Assembly (NCBI GenBank): GCA_963719515.1
Contig: CAVRCJ010000010.1
Location: 320,001 to 384,000 of the forward strand
From: an uncultured cyanobacterium
GTDB lineage: Bacteria; Cyanobacteriota; Cyanobacteriia; CAKZMO01
Reading direction: 5' to 3'
Length of the DNA stretch: 64,000 nt
Each line of letters starts with the position of its first letter. Position 1 is the first letter of the stretch. The notes under the pieces were generated by a model. It did no database searches, was not told where the DNA came from, and was given only the letters and a program-made list of their open reading frames with translations. A program made the translations under genes and the position numbers. Positions 1 through 7,851 of the stretch are shown piece by piece.

Positions 1-159
<159 letters not shown>

Positions 160-295
160 TCACGCGTGGGCCCGGTCGATTTCTGACCTAAGGGTACACG
201 CTTCGGTCACCTTATGGCAGCTATCTGATGGACCCCCAACCCAAAACTACACATTAGCTGAGTCATTGCGCAAAGACGGCCCGCGAACAGCTTCT

Positions 296-700
296 TCAGA
301 AGGCCGTTAGCCGCTGCGCCTGCTCAATCCACAGGCGGACCTCCCCCAGGCTGGGGCAGCCCTGGCGATCGCGCAGAGTCGCGACGTGGAGCTTCATCAG
401 CTGCCGGTGGAGCTGCCCTATGGGGGTCAAGGCGAGCTGCTGTGGTGAGGCAATTCCGGCGTGCAGCAGTTCGCCGCAGTGCTGACAGCCTACGGCAGGA
501 ATGCGGGCCAAGTCGGCCAAGGCCATCCATTTGGTGAGGTGTTGAGGATGGACCCGCAGGCGGGCGGCGAGCGATCGCTGTCGCTCAGGCGATCGGTGCT
601 GCAAGAGTTTGCCCGTGGAGTCGATGCCGCAGCTGAGGAGTGCCGTGCGGCTATTGGCGTCTAGACCAGGAATAGCGTCAATGGGCCAGGTGGAGGGCAT
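296..700 (-). CDS. DUF4332-like helix-hairpin-helix protein
   Basis: WPIDAIPGL...ALADLARIPAVG..LLHAGI pattern; probable start is the ATG at 700 within ORF 296..745. Confidence 0.7.
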   Translation of the reverse strand: MPSTWPIDAIPGLDANSRTALLSCGIDSTGKLLQHRSPERQRSLAARLRVHPQHLTKWMALADLARIPAVGCQHCGELLHAGIASPQQLALTPIGQLHRQLMKLHVATLRDRQGCPSLGEVRLWIEQAQRLTAF

Positions 701-832
701 AGGGTAGTGGCAATGGCCAGCTGCGCTTTGACAAAGCGTCGTCAATTAACGGTGACCGAATTTGGATTGAGGGGCTATACTATTAAAGCTGGAAGGCTAG
801 CGCTTCTGTAGCTAGTGTAGCCTACCGCACCT

Positions 833-910
<78 letters not shown>

Positions 911-968
911 GATTATTGCTTGGGCTGTTCTGCAACGGTCCAGTTTTCAGCTCAGATAGCTCCTTAGC

Positions 969-1289
969 CTAAAGGAACTCTTTCAGCTTTTTGATCAGGC
1001 TCTTTTCAGACTCGACCCCAATCAACGTCTCGACAAGTTGGCCTTGCCTGAAGACCATAACGGTCGGCAGAATCTCAATATCGAACCGCTCAGCGATCGC
1101 CGTGCTCGCTTCTACATCTATCCTGCAAACCCTGACGCGATCGCTATAGTCACTAGCTAACTGATCGATGGCTGGTGCGATGAGTCTGCAGGGACCGCAC
1201 CAGGTCGCCATAAAGTTGACGATGAGCAGCGGCTCTTCCATGAGAGCGTCAAGTACTGCCTCATCTTTTATAAGAATAACGGCGCTCAT
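969..1289 (-). CDS. Thioredoxin family protein
   Basis: WCGPC active site, about 106 aa; ATG at 1289. Confidence 0.9.
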   Translation of the reverse strand: MSAVILIKDEAVLDALMEEPLLIVNFMATWCGPCRLIAPAIDQLASDYSDRVRVCRIDVEASTAIAERFDIEILPTVMVFRQGQLVETLIGVESEKSLIKKLKEFL

Positions 1290-1360
1290 GGCCCGTGCTC
1301 TCAAATTAAGTAAGGTTAAGTAAGGTAAGCTAATACCAGGGTTATTCAGCTGCTGCAGAT

Positions 1361-1708
1361 ATGAGTGCCGAGGACCTGCACCGCAACGAGATCTGGGAAA
1401 GGCTTGACCAAGGACGACAAGCCAAGTCCGAAGAGGGTGGGTACGCCGGTTATGGTTCGCCGGCCTTCGGGAAAAAGTCAGTCAATGGTGAACTGGTAGA
1501 CGATCCGGCAGAGTGCGAAATCATTGACCTAATTCGCCGTCACCACAAGTCTGGAAAATCTCTACAGAAAATTGCAGACTGGCTCAATCAGCAGGGCTAT
1601 TTAACTAAGCGGGGACGCGCCTGGCAGCGAATATCCGTGAAGCGCGTGCTCGATAGACTCTACGGAAATTCGCCAAGAAGCCGCGGCGTCTCCGAAGACT
1701 TTGAATAA
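1361..1708 (+). CDS. Stand-alone recombinase (DNA-binding) domain protein of the large serine recombinase type
   Basis: GYGSPAFG...SLQKIADWLN..GYLTKRGRAW...V.RVL resembles the Recombinase domain; no catalytic resolvase domain is present. Confidence 0.7.
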   Translation: MSAEDLHRNEIWERLDQGRQAKSEEGGYAGYGSPAFGKKSVNGELVDDPAECEIIDLIRRHHKSGKSLQKIADWLNQQGYLTKRGRAWQRISVKRVLDRLYGNSPRSRGVSEDFE

Positions 1709-2012
1709 ACCCTAAATGACACCCGCTATGGCTATTTCTTCTAGCCAGGTCTGCGGCAGTAACGCTAGTAAAGTAAAAGTTTTTGCCACTTCTCATTGGT
1801 AAAGATGCCCTGTTGTCCCTGTAACATCCCTCTATGATAACCTAGAGGACATAGCAACCGTTGCGAGGAAAGGCTTTTACCCAGATTGAGCGTTACATCC
1901 CTCAGGGGAGGTCAACAGCCCGATGGACTGACCGCAATAATAAACTCGCCCCATTATAATCTATTTGTATAATTTTCCCTATATGCACTCTACATAAGCT
2001 AGGCCAGCATCT

Positions 2013-3143
2013 ATGGAACCTGAGGCATTGCCTTCTTGGCTTCCAAACTTGAAAGACGCCATTGATCGTGACCCGCTAGTTGTTTCTCCGGAAACTTCCC
2101 TAGCTGGTGCGATCGCCCTGGTCAGCCGGGTTCACCTCAGCGCCTGTGCAATCGCAAAAGATATCGGCGCGTCAGATTTCGATATCAAAGTGGCCCAGAC
2201 AGATTGCCTGCTCGTAGCCTGCGATGGAATTGTTCTGGGTATCTTAACAGAGCAAGATATTGTACAGCTTACCGCCCAAGCCCTAGATGCGTTTTCCGTC
2301 AGCGTGGCAGACGTCATGGTCAAGCCTGTGATCACGCTCCCCCAGCGCTCTATCCAAAGCGTATTTTCTGCTCTATTTATCTTTAGACGATTTCAAATCC
2401 ATCATCTTCCTATAGTGGATGACCATGATTGTCTAATAGGGCTTATCTCTTACGAAAGTATCTATAAAACTTTGTGCCCCGCCAATTTGCTTCGACTCCG
2501 TCGTGTCTCTGAAGTCATGACGACGACTGTGGTTTGCGCCCCACTTACTGCAACAGTTTCTTCTCTAATTCAGCTAATGGCTGACCACTCAGTGAGCTGC
2601 ATTGCCATTGTGCAGCAAGATCCTAAAGGGGTTGAACAACCCGTGGGAATTGTGACTGAGGGGGACATCATTCAATTTCAGGCGCTGCAGATTGACGCCG
2701 CTAGCACCCAGGCAAGAACCGTGATGAGCAGCCCGTTGTTTTTGCTCAGGCCTGAAGATTCGCTGTGGAGAGCCCATCAAGAGATGCAGACCCGTGGGGT
2801 CAAGCGTCTAGTGGTGTCTTGGAACTGGGGCCGAGATATCGGCCTGATTACCCAAGCCAATTTGCTGTCCGTACTCGACCCCACAGAAACCTATGAAATG
2901 ATTGAAGTTTTGCAGCAAATGCAGCAGCAGATGCAGCGCGATGAATCAGAAGCCGAGACCTCTAGCACGGCTGGCGTCCCCACCTACGATCGCCAAAAGC
3001 TACTCGACACCCTCAACGCTATGCGAGACCACATCGGCCAAATCGTAGACGATTCCACCCTGTCGGCCTATCAAATGCGATCGCAAATGGGCTCAGTTCT
3101 CGATACGCTAGAGCAGCTCTCCCGCGATATTGACGACGAGTAG
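2013..3143 (+). CDS. CBS-domain protein (4 CBS repeats plus helical tail)
   Basis: Repeated GILTEQDIV / GLISYESI / GIVTEGDII / GLITQANL and VADVM-type CBS motifs. Confidence 0.8.
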   Translation: MEPEALPSWLPNLKDAIDRDPLVVSPETSLAGAIALVSRVHLSACAIAKDIGASDFDIKVAQTDCLLVACDGIVLGILTEQDIVQLTAQALDAFSVSVADVMVKPVITLPQRSIQSVFSALFIFRRFQIHHLPIVDDHDCLIGLISYESIYKTLCPANLLRLRRVSEVMTTTVVCAPLTATVSSLIQLMADHSVSCIAIVQQDPKGVEQPVGIVTEGDIIQFQALQIDAASTQARTVMSSPLFLLRPEDSLWRAHQEMQTRGVKRLVVSWNWGRDIGLITQANLLSVLDPTETYEMIEVLQQMQQQMQRDESEAETSSTAGVPTYDRQKLLDTLNAMRDHIGQIVDDSTLSAYQMRSQMGSVLDTLEQLSRDIDDE

Positions 3144-3162
3144 GGTACGCCACGACGTACCC
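3140..3162 (+). repeat. GTAG-type REP-like palindrome
   Basis: GTAG followed by GGTACG-ccacga-CGTACC hairpin between convergent genes. Confidence 0.5.
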
Positions 3163-3172
3163 CAGCCGCAGT

Positions 3173-4345
3173 CTAATATTCCGGCACCGAAGGGTCAATT
3201 TCCCGACTCCAGGCTAGAATACCGCCTTTGACGTTGGTGCCTTCGATCCCCGCATCCTTGAGGATGGACAGCGCCTTCGCCGAGCGCCCGCCCATCTTGC
3301 AGTGGGCAATCACCTTATGGCCGTTGACGATCTCTTTCACCTTGGCCACCCCGTCGCCGTTCTCAATATCCGGCAGCGGCACCAGCACCGACCCCGGAAT
3401 TTGGGCGATGTCGTACTCGTGGGGGTTACGCACGTCGAGCAGCACGTAGTCGTCTGCGCCGCTGTCGAGGACCTGCTTCAGCTCCTGCACCGACATCTCG
3501 GCGATCGCCGCCTTTTGTTCTTCTTCCATTGCTTTAGCCTGAGGAATGCCGCAAAACTGCTCGTAGTCAATCAGCTCTTCGATCACCGGGCGCTCGGGGT
3601 TAGGGCGCAGCTTCAGCTCCCGGAAGGTCATGTCGAGGGCGTTGTAGAGCATCAGCCGCCCGCTGAGGGTGTTGCCCTGGCCCAGAATAATCTTGACGGT
3701 TTCGGTGGCCTGGATAGTGCCAATGATGCCGCACAGCACCCCTAGCACCCCGCCCTCGGCGCAGGAGGGCACCAAGCCCGGCGGCGGCGGCTCGGGGTAG
3801 AGATCCCGGTAGTTGGGGCCGCCCTCGTAGTTAAACACCGTGGCCTGACCCTCGAAGCGAAATATCGATCCGTAGACGTTGGGCTTATCGAGCAGCACGC
3901 AGGCGTCGTTTACCAGGTAGCGGGTGGGGAAGTTGTCGGTGCCGTCCACAATTACGTCGTAGTCGCGCATCAGGTCCAGGGCGTTATCTGAGGAGATGCG
4001 GGTGTTGTAGAGGTCTACTTGGCAGAAGGGGTTGATTTCGAGAATGCGCTCTTTCGCGGACTCAATCTTAGGCTTACCAACGGCGGAGGTGCTGTGGATA
4101 ATCTGGCGCTGCAGGTTGGAGCGATCGACGACGTCAAAATCGACGATGCCCAGCCGACCCACGCCAGCAGCGGCGAGGTAGAGCAGCAGCGGGGAGCCAA
4201 GACCACCGGTACCAATACACAGAACGCTGGCGGCTTTAAGGCGCTTTTGGCCCTCTAGCCCCACCTCCGGCAAAATTAGGTGGCGGGAGAAGCGCTCGTA
4301 TTCTTCGCGGGAGAGCTGGACGTCGTCCAGGTTTGGATTCAGCAT
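3173..4345 (-). CDS. moeB: Molybdopterin-synthase adenylyltransferase MoeB with C-terminal rhodanese domain
   Basis: RFSRHL, GTGGLG, SNLQRQ, DGTDNF, PSCAEGGVLG motifs; rhodanese DVR...HCKMGGRS. Confidence 0.95.
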   Translation of the reverse strand: MLNPNLDDVQLSREEYERFSRHLILPEVGLEGQKRLKAASVLCIGTGGLGSPLLLYLAAAGVGRLGIVDFDVVDRSNLQRQIIHSTSAVGKPKIESAKERILEINPFCQVDLYNTRISSDNALDLMRDYDVIVDGTDNFPTRYLVNDACVLLDKPNVYGSIFRFEGQATVFNYEGGPNYRDLYPEPPPPGLVPSCAEGGVLGVLCGIIGTIQATETVKIILGQGNTLSGRLMLYNALDMTFRELKLRPNPERPVIEELIDYEQFCGIPQAKAMEEEQKAAIAEMSVQELKQVLDSGADDYVLLDVRNPHEYDIAQIPGSVLVPLPDIENGDGVAKVKEIVNGHKVIAHCKMGGRSAKALSILKDAGIEGTNVKGGILAWSREIDPSVPEY

Positions 4346-4431
4346 GGCAATCTAGCTTCGATGCAATGTGCAGTGTAGGAACAAGGCCCCCTAAGGGCGC
4401 ACGTCTGACAGCGATGCTTGCTTTGAAAGCG

Positions 4432-4628
4432 TTATGGGCGAGGCGTTACAAGCAGCGCTTCAGGCTGAAATTGCCTGTCGTCATTCAAGCCTCCAGCATA
4501 AGACATCTTGAGCCGTACCGTGTTGGACGGACACAATGATATACGAATAGTGGAAACAGAAATGGTGCGATGGAATCTGCGCTCCGCTGCGCGATCGCAC
4601 TTTGATGACAATCATGGGTTGCGAATGG
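4432..4628 (-). pseudogene. Degenerate duplicate of the 3' end of the Mov34/M67 gene
   Basis: Translates HYSYIIVSVQHGTAQDVLCWRL/DDDRQFQPEALLVTPRP* (one extra base near 4484), matching HYSYIIVSVHHGVPRDVLCWRLDEDRQFQPEALLITS at 15063-15180. Confidence 0.85.
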
Positions 4629-4659
4629 CGATGAAGCCATGCCTCCGCTACGCGATCGC
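4567..4659. repeat. Two 24-nt insertions into HIP1 sites (SDR5-like small dispersed repeats)
   Basis: GCGAT+ggaatctgcgctccgctgcgcgat+CGC (4567-4598) and GCGAT+gaagccatgcctccgctacgcgat+CGC (4628-4659). Confidence 0.6.
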
Positions 4660-4664
4660 TGCTC

Positions 4665-5086
4665 GTGACATACTCCCGACGCTCATTCTACGAATAGAGC
4701 GCGGGCTTCTTGGCTCGCGCACCACAAATGAATGGGTGCCGCACAAGAAAGTTTCCTGCTTCTCCTGGTCTTGTCTAGCCAAACAGCAAGCTGTATGACC
4801 CCGATTAGATCCCATCCACAGGCAATTTATTTTACGTCCAGGCAATGACCAACCCCAGACAGACTACTTTTTTGAGCTTCCTTTCTTCCAAAAACTGTGT
4901 CGCGTCACCGTTATGTTTTCTATGGGTGATATTTTTCTCGACGAACACTTTGGAGGGGTAGAAAACCTTGCAAACAGTTGATATGTATACATTCTAGCAT
5001 GAATAAGGATTGTTCGCCTTTGGCTCACGAGCCTTTCATCCCGACGCTGATGCTGCGCATACAGCGCGGGACTTCCCGTCTAAGAG
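4665..5086 (-). mobile_element. Non-autonomous IS200/IS605-family mini-element (422 bp), copy A, no tnpA/tnpB
   Basis: Left-end hairpin identical to the tnpB element at 27740, right-end hairpin ending in TCAC; about 5 differences from copy B (12124-12545). Confidence 0.9.
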
Positions 5087-5125
5087 TTAAAATTACGTCA
5101 CAAGCCCTGTATGACGTAGGCTGCA

Positions 5126-5736
5126 ATGGTTCAAGCAAGTGCTCTACTGATGAGCTTTGAAGCGTTTCTGGCATGGAAGCCAGAGACGGGACGGTATGAG
5201 CTGCACGATGGAGTGGTGGTTGAGATGCAGCCGACAGGGGCGCATGAGAGAGTTGTTGGACTGCTGAATCGCAAGCTGAATGTCCTAATCGACCAGGACG
5301 ATTTGCCCTATTTTATTCCCAACACGGCGATGATTCAGCCTCTGGGCTACGAGAGTGGCTACAAGCCGGACGTCCTGATGCTGGATTCTACGGGGCTCGT
5401 AACAGGGAGCCGTTGTGGGAGCGGGAGTCGGTGGTGACGCTGGGGGAGTCGGTGGTGGTGGCGGTTGAGGTGGTTTCGACCAACTGGCCAGACGACTACG
5501 CCCGTAAGTTTGAAGACTATGAGGCGATGGGCGTTGCCAACTACTGGATCGTTGACTATTTGGGACTGGGGGGGCGGCGCTATATTGGCTCGCCGAAGCA
5601 GCCGACGATTACGGTCTGTACGCTGGTGGATGGGGTTTATCAGACGCGGCTGTTTCGTCGGGGGGATGCGGTGGTGTCTCCAAGCTTTCCTCAGTTGAAA
5701 TTGACGGCGGAGCAAGTGTTTGAGGCGGGTGAGTAA
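5126..5736 (+). pseudogene. Uma2 family endonuclease, frameshifted near 5404
   Basis: RYELHDG..H...YKPDV in one frame; VEVVSTNW.DD..K..DY...YWIVD in the next; the break lies at a GGG run. Confidence 0.85.
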
Positions 5737-6091
5737 AAACCGGAGAATTAGGGGGACTGTACCGGAACTTGAGCAAGCTGCGTGGCGGCTGCGCCAGAAT
5801 CTTACGCCAGCGGAGGCGAGGCTATGGCGATCGCTGAGGAATCGGCAGCTTGAGGGACTACGGTTTCGCTGTCAGCATCCGGTTGGGCGGTTTATTTTGG
5901 ATTTTTATTGCCCGTCGCAGAAGCTGGTAATCGAGGTGGATGGGGGTGTGCATGATGAGCAGGCTGAGTATGATGCTGCGAGGACTGAGCAGCTTGAGGC
6001 ATATGGGTACCGGGTTCTGCGGTTTACGAATGAGGCGGTGATGGCAGATTTGAATGGGGTGTTGGAGGAGATTCGTCGGGCAGTTTTGTAA
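5729..6091 (+). CDS. DUF559 (Vsr-like) endonuclease domain protein
   Basis: LRQNLTPAE..LW..LR...RFRCQHP..FILDFYC...IEVDG..H...R...GYRVLRFTN motif series. Confidence 0.9.
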   Translation: MSKNRRIRGTVPELEQAAWRLRQNLTPAEARLWRSLRNRQLEGLRFRCQHPVGRFILDFYCPSQKLVIEVDGGVHDEQAEYDAARTEQLEAYGYRVLRFTNEAVMADLNGVLEEIRRAVL

Positions 6092-6476
6092 AAGGGTCTG
6101 TCGTACCGAGTGACACGTCCTGGAGGCCCCCTCCGCCCCCAATTCTGGGGGGACCAGAGAAAGGCCAAACTGATTGACGATAAAGACTTTCAAGAATTCT
6201 AATCTCGAATCCTGCTCCCCCAAATTTGGGGGCTGGGGGGCCTTCTCCGGTGGACAGATCACCAGAACAGCATTTTCCTTCAATCGTTTCAGACACAGAC
6301 CCTTTAGGCGGCTCGAAAATCACGACAAAGAGCGCTTGGGGAATTAGGCGCTTGAGGGTGCGAGCGTGGGCGTCGGCGTCGTTGCGTTTGCGGAAGCGGG
6401 CGACGGTAATGCGTTGGGCTTTGGGCAGCAGACGAATGATGCACCAGGGGTGGAGTTGGGTTCGGTAGTGCGACAT
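6024..6476 (-). CDS. Small basic cyanobacterial hypothetical protein (core about 57 aa; the ORF reads on through the palindromic repeat)
   Basis: MSHYRTQLHPWCIIRLLP..QRITVARFRKRNDADAH...F.VIFEPP, recalled as a recurring cyanobacterial small-protein pattern; the C-terminal part is translated repeat. Confidence 0.55.
   Translation of the reverse strand: MSHYRTQLHPWCIIRLLPKAQRITVARFRKRNDADAHARTLKRLIPQALFVVIFEPPKGSVSETIEGKCCSGDLSTGEGPPAPKFGGAGFEIRILESLYRQSVWPFSGPPRIGGGGGLQDVSLGTTDPFTKLPDESPPTPHSNLPSPPHS
6123..6244. repeat. Paired CCCCC-N-GGGGG palindromes (cyanobacterial REP/BIME-like unit)
   Basis: cccccaattctggggg (6136-6151) and cccccaaatttggggg (6217-6232) inside outer inverted GGCCCCC...GGGGGCC ends. 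Confidence 0.65.
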
Positions 6477-6505
6477 GGTTTGGTTTGTTGAATGGGTATG
6501 CAACG

Positions 6506-6529
6506 GTAGGGGCATACGGTCGTATGCCC
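6506..6529 (+). repeat. GTAG-type REP-like palindrome
   Basis: GTAG-GGGCATACG-gt-CGTATGCCC, a perfect 9-bp stem. Confidence 0.6.
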
Positions 6530-6728
6530 AGAATCTGGCGCAGGAAAATTTGCCTCCGCAGATGCAGAGGCCCAAAAAGGCGGAAGATTTGCAGCAGAAT
6601 ATGACCCCGAGTGGCGGTGCTATCGACTGCAAACAAAAAACGGTTTGTGCCTCGGAGATGAGACACTAAGGGAAAGCCGCAATCAGCTCTGTGAAGCTGT
6701 CCTGCGGGATTGTGTTTATCTTCAATAT

Positions 6729-6775
6729 GAAGTCTACTTCTAAATCAGGGCGCTGTCAAGAAGTATGCTTCTAAA
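6729..6775 (-). promoter_or_regulatory. Leftward sigma70-type promoter overlapped by two palindromic operator-like boxes
   Basis: Minus strand TTGACA (6754-6759)-17 bp-TAGACT (6731-6736); GAAGTctACTTC at 6729 and GAAGTatGCTTC at 6760, both followed by TAAA. Confidence 0.7.
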
Positions 6776-6786
6776 ACTTTTTGGGT

Positions 6787-7044
6787 ATGACTGAATCTGA
6801 TAAGGAGCCAAAGCAGGACATCTCGCCGCTGAAGCGGTTGCGGCAGCAGGCGGGAATGACCCAGGCGGAGCTGGCGCGTCAAATTCCGGATAAGTCGGGG
6901 AATGGGACGCTGTCGCAGCGGGCGGTTAGTGCTTGGGAGCGGGGGGAGTATCAGCCGGAGCTGACAATTCCACAGATGAAGGCGCTGTGTCGGGCGTTGG
7001 GGGTGACGTTGGAGGAGTTGCCGGATGATATGCGGCCTGGATAG
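6787..7044 (+). CDS. XRE/Cro-family HTH transcriptional regulator
   Basis: LKRLRQQAGMTQAELA...SQRAVSAWERG...LCRALGVTLEEL. Confidence 0.9.
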   Translation: MTESDKEPKQDISPLKRLRQQAGMTQAELARQIPDKSGNGTLSQRAVSAWERGEYQPELTIPQMKALCRALGVTLEELPDDMRPG

Positions 7045-7095
7045 GCGATCGCTTCTTGTTGCTTGCAGAAAAAAGCCCGACCAATGTAGGTTTTA

Positions 7096-7508
7096 GCTCG
7101 GACGGTTGAGCTCTGAGGCTAAACGGTCGGTCTTTTTACTCAAGGGATGCAGCTCAGAGCTCGGGCAATGCAGTTCTGAGCTCGAAGCGTGCAGTTCTGA
7201 ACTCGGACGGCGGAGCTCTGAGCTTGAAGCGCTTGGTGGTGCAGAAATCTCGGCCAGAGAATATTGATTCTCATAGAAAGGCTGGAAAAGCTCAGATACG
7301 TACTCTCAAACCACGCAAATACGTGGGGAATTGCCTCAATTTGCCCTGAACTGCGGAAATTGTCGTTTTCGGCGAAATCCTTTAGTACCAATGCTTTCAG
7401 GAGTTCTCTGCACCACTAAGGCTTGAAGCGTGAGACTCTGAGCTCGGGTAGTGGAGTTTTGGGCTCGGAGGATGCAGCTCGGAACTTGGATGATGGGTCT
7501 TTTTACTC
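7096..7508. repeat. Degenerate 21-bp tandem repeat array (about 10 units) interrupted by a MITE
   Basis: Units such as gctcgggcaatgcagttctga / gctcgaagcgtgcagttctga / actcggacggcggagctctga at exact 21-bp period on both sides of 7232-7420. Confidence 0.8.
7232..7420. mobile_element. MITE (189 bp) with 20-bp terminal inverted repeats and 10-bp target duplication
   Basis: TIRs cttggtggtgcagaaatctc / gagttctctgcaccactaag (17/20 match); GCTTGAAGCG is directly repeated at 7222-7231 and 7421-7430. Confidence 0.8.
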
Positions 7509-7515
7509 CATTGGG

Positions 7516-7836
7516 TCAAGTGGCGTGCTGCTCTGCCTGCGCCATGAATTCGTCTAGGAGTTGAAAGAATTTGTAGAATCCAGCTTTTTCGTCGTGGCAG
7601 GAGAGCATGAGCAGCTTCGCCCAGCTGGTGACGCTGGTGACGCCTAGCTTTTCCTGCAGCCAGGGCTGGAAGTTTTCGTAGAAGTGGTTTTCGGCTTTGC
7701 TGGGGGCTTGGCCGAGTTCGGTGCGGGCGAAGTCGTAGCCGATGGGGGATGTGGGGCGATCGCTGACGGAGGGGCGACCAATATATAGCCCTGGAGACTA
7801 TTTGATTTTGTCTAGGGTAGTGAAGAGATCTGTCAT
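7516..7836 (-). pseudogene. Conserved cyanobacterial hypothetical protein with in-frame TAG at codon 13
   Basis: Manual translation MTDLFTTLDKIK*SPGLYIGRPSVSD...FQPWLQEKLGVTSVTSWAKLLMLSCHDEKAGF..FFQLLDEF; stop at 7798-7800. Confidence 0.7.
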
Positions 7837-7851
7837 TTCAGCACGCCTTTT

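Noticed and set aside
7096..7508. 21-bp array as a CRISPR array
   Set aside because: Units are contiguous and degenerate with no unique spacers; there are no cas genes.
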